Shown here piece by piece: positions 51,470 through 62,413 of a stretch of DNA of 64,000 nt. How positions within the stretch are numbered: the stretch's first letter is position 1; each line of letters opens with the position of its first letter. The DNA comes from Mobula birostris (lineage: Eukaryota). A program made the position numbers and the translations under genes. Location: assembly GCF_030028105.1 (NCBI RefSeq), contig NC_092370.1, positions 236,016,005-236,080,004 of the forward strand. Reading direction: 5' to 3'. The notes beneath the pieces were generated by a model. It was given only the letters and a program-made list of their open reading frames with translations. It was not told where the DNA came from and did no database searches.

Positions 51470-51956
51470 ATGTTCTACAAGTCTGTGGTGGCCAGTGCAA
51501 TCATGTTTGCTGTCGTCGGCTGAGGATAGCAGACACCACCAGAATCAACAAACTCATTCGTAAGGCCAATGATGTTGTGAGGATGGAACTGGACTCTCTG
51601 ACGGTGGTGTCTGAAAAGAGGATGCTGTCCAAGTTGCATGCCATCTTGGACAATGTCTCCCATCCACTACATAATGTACTGGTTGGGCACAGGAGTACAT
51701 TCAGCCAGAGACTCATTCCACTGAGATGCAACACAGAGTGTCATAGGAAGTCATTCCTGCCTGTGGCCATCAAACTTTACAACTTCTCCCTTAGAGGATC
51801 AGATACCCTGAGCCAATAGGCTGGTCCTGGATTTATTTCCTGGCATAATTCACATATTACTATTTAATTATTTATGGTTTTATTACTATTTAATTATTTA
51901 CGGTGCAACTGTAATGAAAACCAATTTCCCCCAGGATCAATAAAGTATGACTATGA
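51470..51956 (+). mobile_element. Rex1/L2-type LINE 3' end
   Basis: RINKLIRKA...ILDNVSHPLH...RKSFLPVAIKLYN. Tail CAATAAAGTATGACTATGA also seen near 18690-18760 and 31490-31612. Confidence 0.82.
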
Positions 51957-54174
51957 ATTGCAGATGAATGTGAATTTTTAATGTCTGAGGTCCTTAATGG
52001 GAGATCTATCAGGAAAGATGGGTGGCTTTCATTTTGGTTCTTTGGGTCTTGGCATTGAACCAATGGGGCAGCCTTAACAGGATGGGTAAGTGGGCAGTTT
52101 GAAGTGGTATATTAATCTTGCTATCCTCTGCAGCACGGTCATTGTTGGGGTATTTTTGGGGTTAGGACATAAAGTGAATATTGACTTCAGTGACCAACCT
52201 TCAGATCCGAATATGCATTGAAGATTAAATCTGAAGTGCAACTCTGAACAATGGGTTCCTAAGAACTAAGCTAATTGGAAGACATCACAGTTAATTGGAA
52301 AACCAGACAATTCTGACTTAAATGCGTTGTTTGTGTGTCTGTAGTATGGGTACGAAGGAGGGAAGTGTGAAAGTGATGTAGGGTTTAAATAAACCATTGT
52401 AAATATGGATTTGCTTGAATTGTCCTGAATTTTTCTTTGATCTTTGGTGCATAAAATGTTGAATAGTGTGGACCAAGCAGATCTTTTTCCACCAAAAGGG
52501 TCTCCATTTGATGCTGCTTTGTCAAGTACAGAGGCTGCTTCATAACTACCAGTACTCTCCCACCATGACTACTTTCATGCAACAACGGTCGTGATCAGAA
52601 GTACCCTGCAGCCTGTGGCATATTGCAATTTTTTTTTAACCTAAGGAAGCTTTGACCACATCCTTGAATCCTTTCCTCCCTCTGAGGTAATCTTTTCCTA
52701 GGCTTGGAAGTGTGTTTCTTTTGAGAGGCAAACAATGACACCTGCCTAACAGAGCTAGCACAGTGCAACTTGGCTTCTGGGGCAATACCGGTTCACTTGT
52801 GTTTCTAATGGATTTGGAGGATATCACAGGGAGATCAGTATCTTCTTGCCAGTGCTTTGAGGCACCTATTGTCAGTAGTCCAAATCCAGGAAATGTAATG
52901 GAGGGCAGGAATCACTGCCAATTCATAGAACACAAGTCCTGGGTGATCTTGGTCCTTTATCTTCAGTGGACAAAGGACATTGTTCATGTACTAAAAATAA
53001 TTGAATTTCAGCAATGCCGAAACATAGAGATTCTACAGATACTGGAAATCCAGAGCAACACTTAAGATGCTGGAGGAACTCAACATATCAGTCAGCACCT
53101 ATGGAGAGGAAACCATCAACATTGCAGGCCAAGATCCTTCATCAGTCATGATAAAGGGTCTGTGCTTGAAACTTCAACTGTTTATTCCTCTACAGATGCT
53201 TCCTGACCTGCTGAATTTCTCAGAATTTCAGCAAAGTCTGCTTTTGAGAGTTGGCTCCTGAGAAATAGGAGTGGTTCACTCTTCCGGGGTCTCTCCATGA
53301 AACATTGTCAGAGGCTTTGTATAGTAGCAGCAGTTGGTGGAGGACCTTGTTTACTGTATGTTGTGGAGGAGGTGACAAGTCTTAAAAGTTTTCCTTCCAT
53401 TAGCCCCGTAGATTTGTTCCAGTTAATCAGAAAAATTGTTGGAGGAGGTGAGGTGAAGCATTTCCACACATGGTAATCTTTCTCACTGATGCAGCTTTGT
53501 AACAGCAGGCTGCAGTGCGTACTTGTTTAATGGTAGCATGAATTGGCACGAACTTGTGGTCAGAGGGAAATGAATTTGTACACGTTGTTGAATTATGGAA
53601 AGTTCACTACTTCCTCCTGTTTGATGTAATCAAGATTTAATGAGATTGTAAAATGCTACCAAAGATATAACAGTTCTGCTCCCTGCATTTCTCCTAGAGT
53701 TGTCACACAAAGGCAAAATGATCTCCGTGGTGTCTCTTGATGGACAAAATCCACCCTATGAACTTGTTTAAGCTGGCACTAATGAAGCTGGGTGATAGCT
53801 TACTAGTAGCTCAAAAGGCAACAACATGACTAAAAACATCATTAATAACACCTTTTAAATTCCAATGAGTACAGGTCCAGAGCCATCAAATGCTCCTCAT
53901 ACAATAACCAGAATCATTCTTGTGAACATCCTCTCAACCCTCTCCAAAGTCAGCACAACCTTTTTTTGGGGGGATAAGGGGTCAAAAACTGCCCACAATA
54001 CGCCAAGTGAGGCTTCACAAGCACCTTATGAAGCCTCAGCATTACAGCTTTGCTTTTCTATTATAGTCCTCTAGAAACGAATACTGACATCGCATTTTCC
54101 TCCCTTACCATCATCTCAACCTGTCAGTTAATCTTCAGGGAATCGTACATGAGGATTTTTTCCCCCCAGGTCTG

Positions 54175-55810
54175 TTTAAAGAGTAAGAAGCAAAAGTAGA
54201 CATTGAACAGATGGAAAATGATGCTGGTTGGTCATGGAGAACAATGAAATGGCAGTAAAACTAAAGTATTTTGCATCAGTCTTCACTGCAAAGGCACCAG
54301 CAGCATGCCAGAAATACAAGTGTGTCAGTGGATAGAAGTGAGTGCTATTACAGGAGGAAGTGCTGGGGAAGCTGAAAGGTCTGAGGGTAGATAAGCCACC
54401 CAGGGTTCTGAAAGAGGCAGCTGAAAAGATTGTTGGAGACATTAGTAGTCATCTTTCAAGAATCACTAGGTTCTGGAATGGTTCCAGTGGGCTGGAAAAT
54501 TGCAAATGTCACTCCAGTCTTTAAGAATGGAGAGAGGCACAAGAAAGTAAGTTATAGTCCAGTTAGTCAGCCCTCAGTGGTTGGGAAGATTTTACATTAT
54601 TAAGGGTTAAGTTTCAGGGTACTTTGAAGCACATGACAAAATAGGCTGAAGTCAGCATGGTTTCCTTGAGGAGAAATCTTATCTGACAAATCCGTTGGAA
54701 TTCTTTGAGGAAATAACAGGCGGAAGAGACAATGGATACTGTTTGTTTTTTCGGAAGGCCTTTGACAAGCTGCTGCACATGAGGCTGCTAAGCAAGATAC
54801 TGTAATATTACAGGAAAGGTACTAGCTTTGACTGACTGGCAGAGAGCAGAGGGTGGGAATAAAGTGAGTCTTATCTGGTTTGTCTTCCAGTGACTAGTGG
54901 TTTTCTACAGGGGTTGGTGTTGGGTCCACTATTTTTTATATGTTAATGATCTGGATGATAGAATTAACGACTCTGTAGCCAAGTTTGCAGCTGATGGTTA
55001 TGGGGCAGACAGTGTTGAGGAAAGCAGTCTGTGGGACTCTGACAGATTAGGAGAATGGGCAAAGAGCCAGTAGATGGAATACTGTGCAGGAAAGTGATTT
55101 ATCGTGTACTTTGGTAGAAGGAATAAAAGTGTAAACCATTAAATGTGAGTGAATTGAGAAATTGGAGATGCATAGGAGTTTTGGAGTCCTAGTGCAAGGT
55201 TCCCTAAAGTTTAACTTTCAGATTGTGTTAGTAGTAAGGAAAGCAAGTCAGAGGACTAGAATATAGAAGCAAGGATGTAATGCTGAGATTTTATAAGGTC
55301 ATATTTTGAATATTGTGAGCTCTTTTTGGGACCCTATCTCTAAGAAAGGATCTGCTGGTATTGGAGAGTATCCAGAGGATGATCCTGGGAATGAAAGGGT
55401 TAATGTATGAGAAGAGTTTGATGGCTCTGTGCCTATACTCACTGAAGATTGGAAAAATGTGAGGATCTCATTGAAACCTACTGAATATTAAAAGGCCTAG
55501 ATAGAGTGGAACATTTCCAATAGTTGGCAAGTTTAGGATCAGAAGGCATAGAATCAGTTCATGAAGATTTCCTTTTAGAACAGAGATGAGGAATTGCTGT
55601 AGTAAGTGGGTGGTGAATCTGTGAAATTTGTTGCCACGGATGGCTGTGGAGGCCATCATTGACCATATTTAAAGTGGAGGTTGATAATTAAGTGTGTCAA
55701 AGGTTATAGGGAGAAAGCAGGAAAATGGGGCTGGGGGGAAATAAATCAGTCATGATGGAATGGTGGAGCAGACTCAATTGGCTGAATGGCCTAATTCTGC
55801 TCTTACGTCT
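54175..55810 (+). mobile_element. Decayed CR1 LINE between the two NPC2 copies
   Basis: EVLGKLKGLRVDK..PRVLKE, an AFDK region, and a CR1 3' UTR. Confidence 0.85.
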
Positions 55811-56029
55811 AAGGGCATATTTACACAAATCTATTGTCTTTTAATTAATGTGCTATTTCCATTCCTATGTAAAATTAAGGATATGCTATCATATTTGCTT
55901 GCAATAATCAACAAGCCACACAATCATTTGTGAGATTATTACATTGGAGCAGCCTCCAATCCCGGTGGTAGGGAGGATGCGGTAGGGGAGAAATCGGTGA
56001 CATTTAAACTGGGGATAAGGGTGATAAAA

Positions 56030-56490
56030 TTATAGAAACGCTCAGTGGATGGAGGCACATCAGTGGGTAGGGGAAACAGTTAAAATGTTTCACAGCAACA
56101 CCCACAACATGCTGGAGGAACTCAGCAACTATAGAAGTGAGTGAACAGTTGTTTCGAGCCAAGATGCTTCTTCGGGACTGCAGGGGAAGGGAAGGAGGAC
56201 AAGCTAGAGGTGGTAGGTGAAGTCAGGCGAGAGGCATTCAAATAGAAGCCGGGAGGTGATAGGTGGAAAAGGCATAGGGCTGGAGTGGAAGGAATCTGAT
56301 AGGAGAGGCGAGTGGAACATTGGAGAAAGGGAAGGACGAGGCGGTAGGTGAGGAGAACAGCTAGAGGACAAAGTGGCGAAATAAAGGAGAGGAGAGCATT
56401 ACCGAAAGGAGAAGGGATTTCCATGCCATTACGTTGGAAAATATCCAGAAGCACAGCTCCTCCTCCCTGAGAATGAGGAACTGGAAGCGA
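56030..56490 (-). mobile_element. Old PLE remnant abutting the NPC2-B promoter repeat
   Basis: CACAACATGCTGGAGGAACTCAGCA tail, decayed hammerhead near 56145-56180, purine-rich pLTR body. Confidence 0.6.
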
Positions 56491-56507
56491 AGGAGGAGCC
56501 CGCGTCA

Positions 56508-56764
56508 GGATTGGGCGAGGAGGGAAGGAGTCCGTGTCGGGATTGGGTGAAGTGGGCGAAGCCCAAATCGGGATTGGATGAAATTCGAAAGCGTTCGCAT
56601 CGGGATTGGGTGAAGCGGAGAAAGCTCAGGACAGGATTGGGTGAGGCGGAGAAAGCTCAGGACAGGATTGGGTGAGGCGGAGAAAGCTCAGGACAGGATT
56701 GGGTGAGGCGGAGAAAGCTCAGGACAGGATTGGGTGAGGCGGAGAAAGCTCAGGACAGGATTGG
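56508..56764 (+). repeat. 31-bp minisatellite (AGGATTGGGTGAGGCGGAGAAAGCTCAGGAC) in the NPC2-B promoter, one inverted CCAAT box per unit
   Basis: ATTGG at 56510, 56542, 56573, 56605, 56636, 56667, 56698, 56729, 56760. Five near-identical units preceded by three diverged units. Confidence 0.93.
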
Positions 56765-56848
56765 AGTGGGGGCAGCGGAGTCATATGAGGCCTCGGAGTT
56801 GGATCCGCTGTCGCTCCTTGCTTTGACTTGGTCGGTTAGGGAAAGGAC

Positions 56849-56942
56849 ATGGAGCGCGGGTGTTGTGTGTTTGCTGGTCTGCTCGTCTTCCTGGGCTTAT
56901 GGGCCCTGTCGGCTGCTGACCCGGTGAAGTTCATGGACTGCG
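56849..56942 (+). CDS. NPC2: Second NPC2 paralog (copy B) exon 1; further exons not found in the window
   Basis: MERGCCVFAGLLVFLGLWALSAADPVKFMDCG: signal peptide plus PVKFxDC, with a phase-1 donor G|gtgagt at the same codon as copy A. Confidence 0.9.
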
Positions 56943-57430
56943 GTGAGTGGTGGGACCTGGTGAAAACTTTTGGTATGGTGATTTGCTTCCCGTGCTCCCA
57001 CCAAACTTCCAGAGTTTCACTCCCTTCCGGTTCTCTTGAAAAGTTTATTAACCGCATGTGTTTTATTTACCGGTGAAATTAGAATGCTTCATCTGGACTT
57101 TGCGCCCCTCTCTTTAATTTCCAGGAAGACAAGAGTAAACGCGGGCCACCCACTGAATACGGTGCCAGAGTGTGCTGGCTGATTCGACCTAACTTTCCTG
57201 TGGTGGATCGGTGGGGTGATGGTGTGTGTGATTCACTTTCATGTGATGCAGACTGAGTGGGTTCCAGACAAATGTTTCTTTATGGAGTTACTGCTGATAA
57301 CAGACTTGTTCAAAACAATTAATTGGCACTGAAAACAACAGGAATTCTGCAGATGCTGGAAATTCAAGCAACACACATAAAAGTTGCTGGTGAATGCAGC
57401 AGGCCAGGCAGCATCTCTAGGAAGAGGTAC

Positions 57431-57466
57431 AGTCGACGTTTCAGACCGAGACCCTTCGTCAGGACT
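57431..57466 (-). ncRNA. Minimal hammerhead ribozyme motif, intact core
   Basis: AGUC CUGACGA A GGGUCUCGGUCU GAAA CGUC GACU. Confidence 0.72.
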
Positions 57467-58307
57467 AACTGAAGGAAGAGTGAGTAAGGGATTTGAAAGT
57501 TGGAAGGGGAGGGGGAGATCCAAAATGATAGGAGAAGACAGGAGGGGGAGGGATGGAGCCAAGAGCTGGACAGGTGATTGGCAAAAGGGGATACGAGAGG
57601 ATCATGGGGCAGGAGGTCTGGGAAGAAAGCCAGGGGTGGGGGGGGGACCCAGAGGATGGGCAAGGGGTATATTCAGAGGGACAGAGGGAGAAAAAGGAGA
57701 GTGAGAGAAAGAATGTGTGCATAAAAATAAGTAACAGATGGGGTACGAGGGGGAGGTGGGGCCTTAGCGGAAGTTAGAGAAGTCGATGTTCATGCCATCA
57801 GGTTGGAGGCTACCCAGACGGAATATAAGGTGTTGTTCCTCCAACCTGAGTGTGGCTTCATCTTTACAGTATAGGAGGCCGTGGATAGACATGTCAGAAT
57901 GGGCCTCCTCTACTGTAAAGATGAAGCCACACTCAGGTTGGAGGAACAACACCTTATATTCCGTCTGGGTAGCCTCCAACCTGATGGCATGAACATCGAC
58001 TTCTCTAACTTCCGCTAGGCCCCACCTCCCCCTCGTACCCCATCTGTTACTTATTTTTATGCACACATTCTTTCTCTCACTCTCCTTTTTCTCCCTCTGT
58101 CCCTCTGAATATACCTCTTGCTCATCCTCTGGGTCCCCCCCCGTCTTTCTTCCCGTACCTCCTGTCCCATGATCCTCTCGTATCCCCTTTTGCCTATCAC
58201 CTGTCCAGCTCTTGGCTCTATCCCTCCCCCTCCTGTCTTCTCCTATCATTTTGGATCTCCCCCTCCCCCTCCAACTTCCAAATCCCTTACTCACTCTTCC
58301 TTCAGTT

Positions 58308-58343
58308 AGCCCTGATGAAGGGTCTCGGCCTGAAACGTTGACT
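58308..58343 (+). ncRNA. Minimal hammerhead ribozyme motif, sense to NPC2-B pre-mRNA (GUU triplet, one stem I mismatch)
   Basis: AGCC CUGAUGA A GGGUCUCGGCCU GAAA CGUU GACU. Confidence 0.6.
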
Positions 58344-58759
58344 GCACCTCTTCCTACAGATGCTGCTTGGCCTGCTGCGTTCACCAGCAACTTTAGTTGG
58401 TACTGAGTCGCATTTGTACAGATTCTAGTTCATTCTTTGTCATTTTGACTAATTTGATGTAACGTTTGTTTCACATCAGTACTTGTGAGATAGAGGTACG
58501 AGACTGCAAAAATGCTGGAATCTGGAGTGTGGGAGGAACTCCGTGAGTGGAGCAGTATCTACGGCGAGTGAGGGTGAAGAAATTGTTTCGGGTGGAGACC
58601 CTAGAATAGGAGTGATATTAGTGGTGTTAACCAGAGATAGTTTCATCTACAACTGGCAGTTTTAAGACATTGTTCCACTTTCTGCACGTCCACAGCCACT
58701 CCCTTTCCCACCTACAATAAGGTTGGTATTGTTGCCTTCCCTCTCCCACCCTATCAGCT

Positions 58760-59070
58760 TCTCATGGGGAGTGCCTTAATAATGAAGAGCTTCGAGAATT
58801 GGCAGAGCAACGTATCCTGGATGAATCTGAGGGCACGGATGGAGAAGAGGAAACGCCAGCAGGACACCTCTCCACAATATTCTTCAGCACTGGCTTCACC
58901 GCGATCGCGCAAGTCGTGGATTCATCCATAATGACCCTGACTGGGAGTGGAGCAATAAGGCAAAGAAAGGTGTTCTCAACATCATTTCCTGCTACCAAGA
59001 ACTGCTTCATGAGAGGAAACTTAAGAAAGGGCAGTCAAATCTCGACAAATACTTGAAGAAGGATCCAGAG
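58760..59070 (+). mobile_element. Tigger/pogo transposase C-terminal remnant
   Basis: LNNEELRELAEQR...EEE then, after a frameshift, NDPDWEWSNKAKKGVLNIISCYQELLHERKLKKGQSNLDKY. Confidence 0.7.
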
Positions 59071-59669
59071 AGTTAGAGGAGGACCCTCAGCCCGGTCCCC
59101 CCTCTAAGATGTGATCACCACCCGCTTCCCCCCGTTGTTGCTGCTGTGTGGTGTTGCTGCTCCACCGCTGTACAAGTTAGACCTATTTGCTCCGCGAATT
59201 ACTGTGTATACATAAAATAATATATGATGTATCTCACTTTGATTCTTTTAATTGGGCACAATGTTCATTTACATAATGTTATAATAACCTGCATAGTGCT
59301 GATTTACATACTGCCCCACCCCTGAGGGACTCATCCTCGCCTTTGAGCGGGGTCTGAATGTGTAGAAATCCCTCTGTCCGGTTTGCCAGGAGCTTGCGAG
59401 AAAGGCCACTCAGCTCAAGTCCATGCTGTCTCTGAGACCAATCTTATGAGTCCTATTCCCCACATATTTGCTTGTAAAGAAATCTTTCTTGATGCCCATC
59501 AACTTCCCCTGCTTCTCCTGCCACCCGCCCACACCAGGCAGTTTACAGAGCCCAGTTAACCTGCCAGTATGTCGTTGGGGTGTGCGAGGAACCTGGTACA
59601 CTTGGGAACTTCACAGCAAAAAGGTGCAAAGTCCAGTCAGTGGGCTGTGTCCCTCTCCTGTTCTGACCG

Positions 59670-60380
59670 TAAGACACAGGAATAGAATTAGGCCATCTGG
59701 CCCATTGAGTCTGCTTCGATATTTCAATCCTGGCTGATCCCTTTTTTTCTCCTCCTGAACCCCAGTTCTCAGCCTTCTCCCCGTAACCTTTGATGCCATG
59801 TCCAATCAAGAACCTATAAATCTCTGCCTTAAATACACCCAACAACCTGGCCTCCACAGCTGCATGTGGCAACAAATTCCCCAAATTCACCACCCTTTGG
59901 CTAAAGAAATTTCTCTGCATTGGTTTTGAAAGGGTGCCCCTCTATCCTGAGGCTGTGCCCTCTTGTACTAGACTCTCCCACCATGGGAAACATCCTTTCC
60001 ACATCTACTCTGTCTAGGCCTTTCAACATTCAAAAGGTTTCAATGAGATCCCCCCTCATCCTTCTGAATTCCAGTGAGTACAGACCCAGAGCCATCAAAT
60101 GGGCCCTGTATAATAATTTTTTCATTCCTGGAATCATCCTTGTGAACCTCCTCTGGACCCTGTCCAATGCCAGCACATCTTTTCTACGACAAGGGGCCCA
60201 AAACTATTTACCATACTCAAGGTGAGGCCTCATCAGTCCCTTATAAAGCCTCAGCATCATATCCCTGCTCTTGTATTCTAGATCTCTTGAAATGAATGCT
60301 AACATTGCATCTGCCTTCCTCACCACTGACTCAACCTGCAAGTTAACCTTCAGGGTGTTCTGCACAAGGATTCTCAAGTC
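59670..60380 (-). mobile_element. CR1 LINE 3' fragment
   Basis: RLYKGLMRPHLEY and RNFFSQRVVNL. Confidence 0.88.
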
Positions 60381-62189
60381 TAACCCAAGTCTTTGACCTC
60401 TTGTTTTAAGGAAAGCCAGTTTGTTTTGGCATTTTACTGCCATTAGGATTCAACAATTTCAGATAAATCCACCTTTTCAATTTGTGTGGGATTAGAATGT
60501 TCTAATGATAGATCCTCATTTGGTACCATTCGTCTTGTTTTCTCTCTGCAGAGACTGTCTGGATACATTTGCTTTTGATTAATTTTATTTAGGTTTTAGA
60601 TGAGACGCTGTTGTCAAATGCCCAAAATAGAGAACAATGCTGAGAGACTATAGCACTCTAGAATTTATTAAAGTAAATCATAAATGCAGTTTCTGCAGAT
60701 GCCGGAAATCCAGAGCAAAATGCTGCAGTGGATGAACTCAGCAGGTCAGGTAGCACCTGTCGAGAAGAATAGTCAACAAGTCAGGCTGAGATGCTTCAAG
60801 ACTGGGAAGGAAGGGGGAAGAAGCCAGAATAAGGGGGGGGGGGGGTGTGTGTGTTTGTTTTGTCATGGTGAATGTCCCAGGACCTGCATTTTTATTGCTC
60901 TGTCTGCCACTAAGCTTGCTGCTCCCTCCTTTAACATGTGAGGAAAGCAATCTGAGTTTGCTTACATATGGAGTTCCAGTGTATTTCCTAGTTCAGGTGG
61001 CTTGTTACTCAGTGAGCCTGCTAATGGCAAGATGCTCCGTTGCTCGCTGTTTTCCTCCCTGGTGGCAGTTTGGGAAGTGCCAATTGCAGCCATCGCTCTT
61101 TACTTTTCAGTAGACATGGTGTTGACGTAGTGAAGAGAAGCCTTTTTTTTTAGGGCATTGGATCTGTTGCTTTATTGCAGTACTTCCATCTCTTGTGTCA
61201 ATGGGATCTTTGGGTATGCAAATTGGCTAGAACTTCGTGCATAACTACGGTGACCTGTATTTCAGTTATTTCAAATGTAGTGTTTTGGCACACCCCATGC
61301 ATTTTCTTCTATCGGCCTCTGGTGTTTGTTCAAGATATGACATGCAAAGCCCACATGTCAGCAGTTGTTTGTTTTCTAGTATATTAGCAAATGTGTAACT
61401 GCCCAAGGGAGAGGGACTAGGCAGACACAGAAGCAAAACTTACAATAGCTTTTTCATAGCTCTTTAATTTTACTGCCATGTATCGTTGGAGTTGGAAGAC
61501 TGTGTGGATGGAAGGGAAGAAGAGGCTTGTTTTGTTGCTTGTGTTCTACTCAACACCCTATGTTGGCCCCAGCATATGTGGCAACACTTGTGGGCTGCCC
61601 CCAGCACAAACTTTGGTGTGTAGGTTGTTGACACTTCGCTATGTGTTTTGATGTACATGTGATTGAATCTGAATCTTTTCCATCTTCTACAGAGAAATGT
61701 TCAGTCAAGAAGAATAATGTCTGTATATTCAGTACTATGCAGAAGTCTTAGGCACTGTAGTTTGGTGTATGCCCCCCTGCTGCTGAAATTAAAGTTTCAA
61801 AAAAAAATATAGTTTGCTTCAGACAAAAAGTGAAATTTATTCCATGTCCCAGATATTTGTAGGAATTTGAATTCAGTAAAGGTAAGCTTCTGTCTGAACT
61901 GCAGTGACGTGGTGGCCTTCTGTGTGGTCTCCAGAGAAAAGGAATTCCTACCTAAAGGGTAGAAAGGGTTTGAGTTAAAGATACAGAAAGGAAGAAATAA
62001 CAACAATAAATATCGAGGACTTGAGTTGAAGAGTCCGTGAAATTGAGTTCATAGGTTGTAGCAGCAGTTCAGTGATGGGGCAAATGAAGTTACCCCACTG
62101 GATCAAGCTCCTGATGGTTGAGGAGTTCTGAGGATCCTGCATTGTACCACCTTCCAGTTGGTTTGATAAAGCTGCAATTAGTAAATATA

Positions 62190-62413
62190 AAGAAGAAGAA
62201 GAAGAAGAAAGCCCTTAACTCCGAGTGGAGTCATCGGGACGCCGTCATGACGGCGTTTTTTTAGCAGGCTTTCTTATTTTTACGAGGCCGAGTTGCTAGC
62301 TCGACTCTCAACCCCGCACGGATGGAAAGCGTGCAAGGGAGCCGGCTGGATTTGAATTCGGGAGCCTTCGCTCCGAAGTCCGGCGCTGATGCCACTACGC
62401 CACCAGCCGGCTT
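62190..62413 (-). mobile_element. Young full-length tRNA-derived SINE with (TTC)n tail and 14-bp TSD
   Basis: A box TGGCGTAGTGG, B-box-like GAATTCAAATCC. TSD AATTAGTAAATATA at 62176-62189 and 62414-62427. CpGs retained. Confidence 0.88.

Larger units (their letters stand above)
57333..58393. mobile_element. About 1-kb fold-back PLE insertion (GIY-YIG C-terminus + pLTR in both orientations) in NPC2-B intron 1
   Basis: Arms 57380-57880 and 57902-58394 with a 21-nt spacer. TSD-like TAATTGGCACTGA (57320-57332) and TAGTTGGTACTGA (58394-58406). Encodes HSDMSIHGLLYCKDEATLRLEEQHLIFRLGSLQPDGMNIDFSNFR*. Confidence 0.92.

Noticed and set aside
56508-56764. CRISPR-like appearance (constant motif with variable spacers of regular length)
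   Set aside because: Vertebrate DNA with no cas genes. The constant part is only about 7 bp and five units are near-identical, so it is a minisatellite.
57764-58390. 208-aa ORF and the overlapping ORFs at 57239-58406 as novel genes
   Set aside because: They read through the PLE palindrome. Only the GIY-YIG tail is genuine transposon protein. Similar peptides recur at 19390-20286.
60440-60500. Candidate NPC2-B exon 2 after cattag|
   Set aside because: In-frame stop within 7 codons and no PCPxxPC motif.
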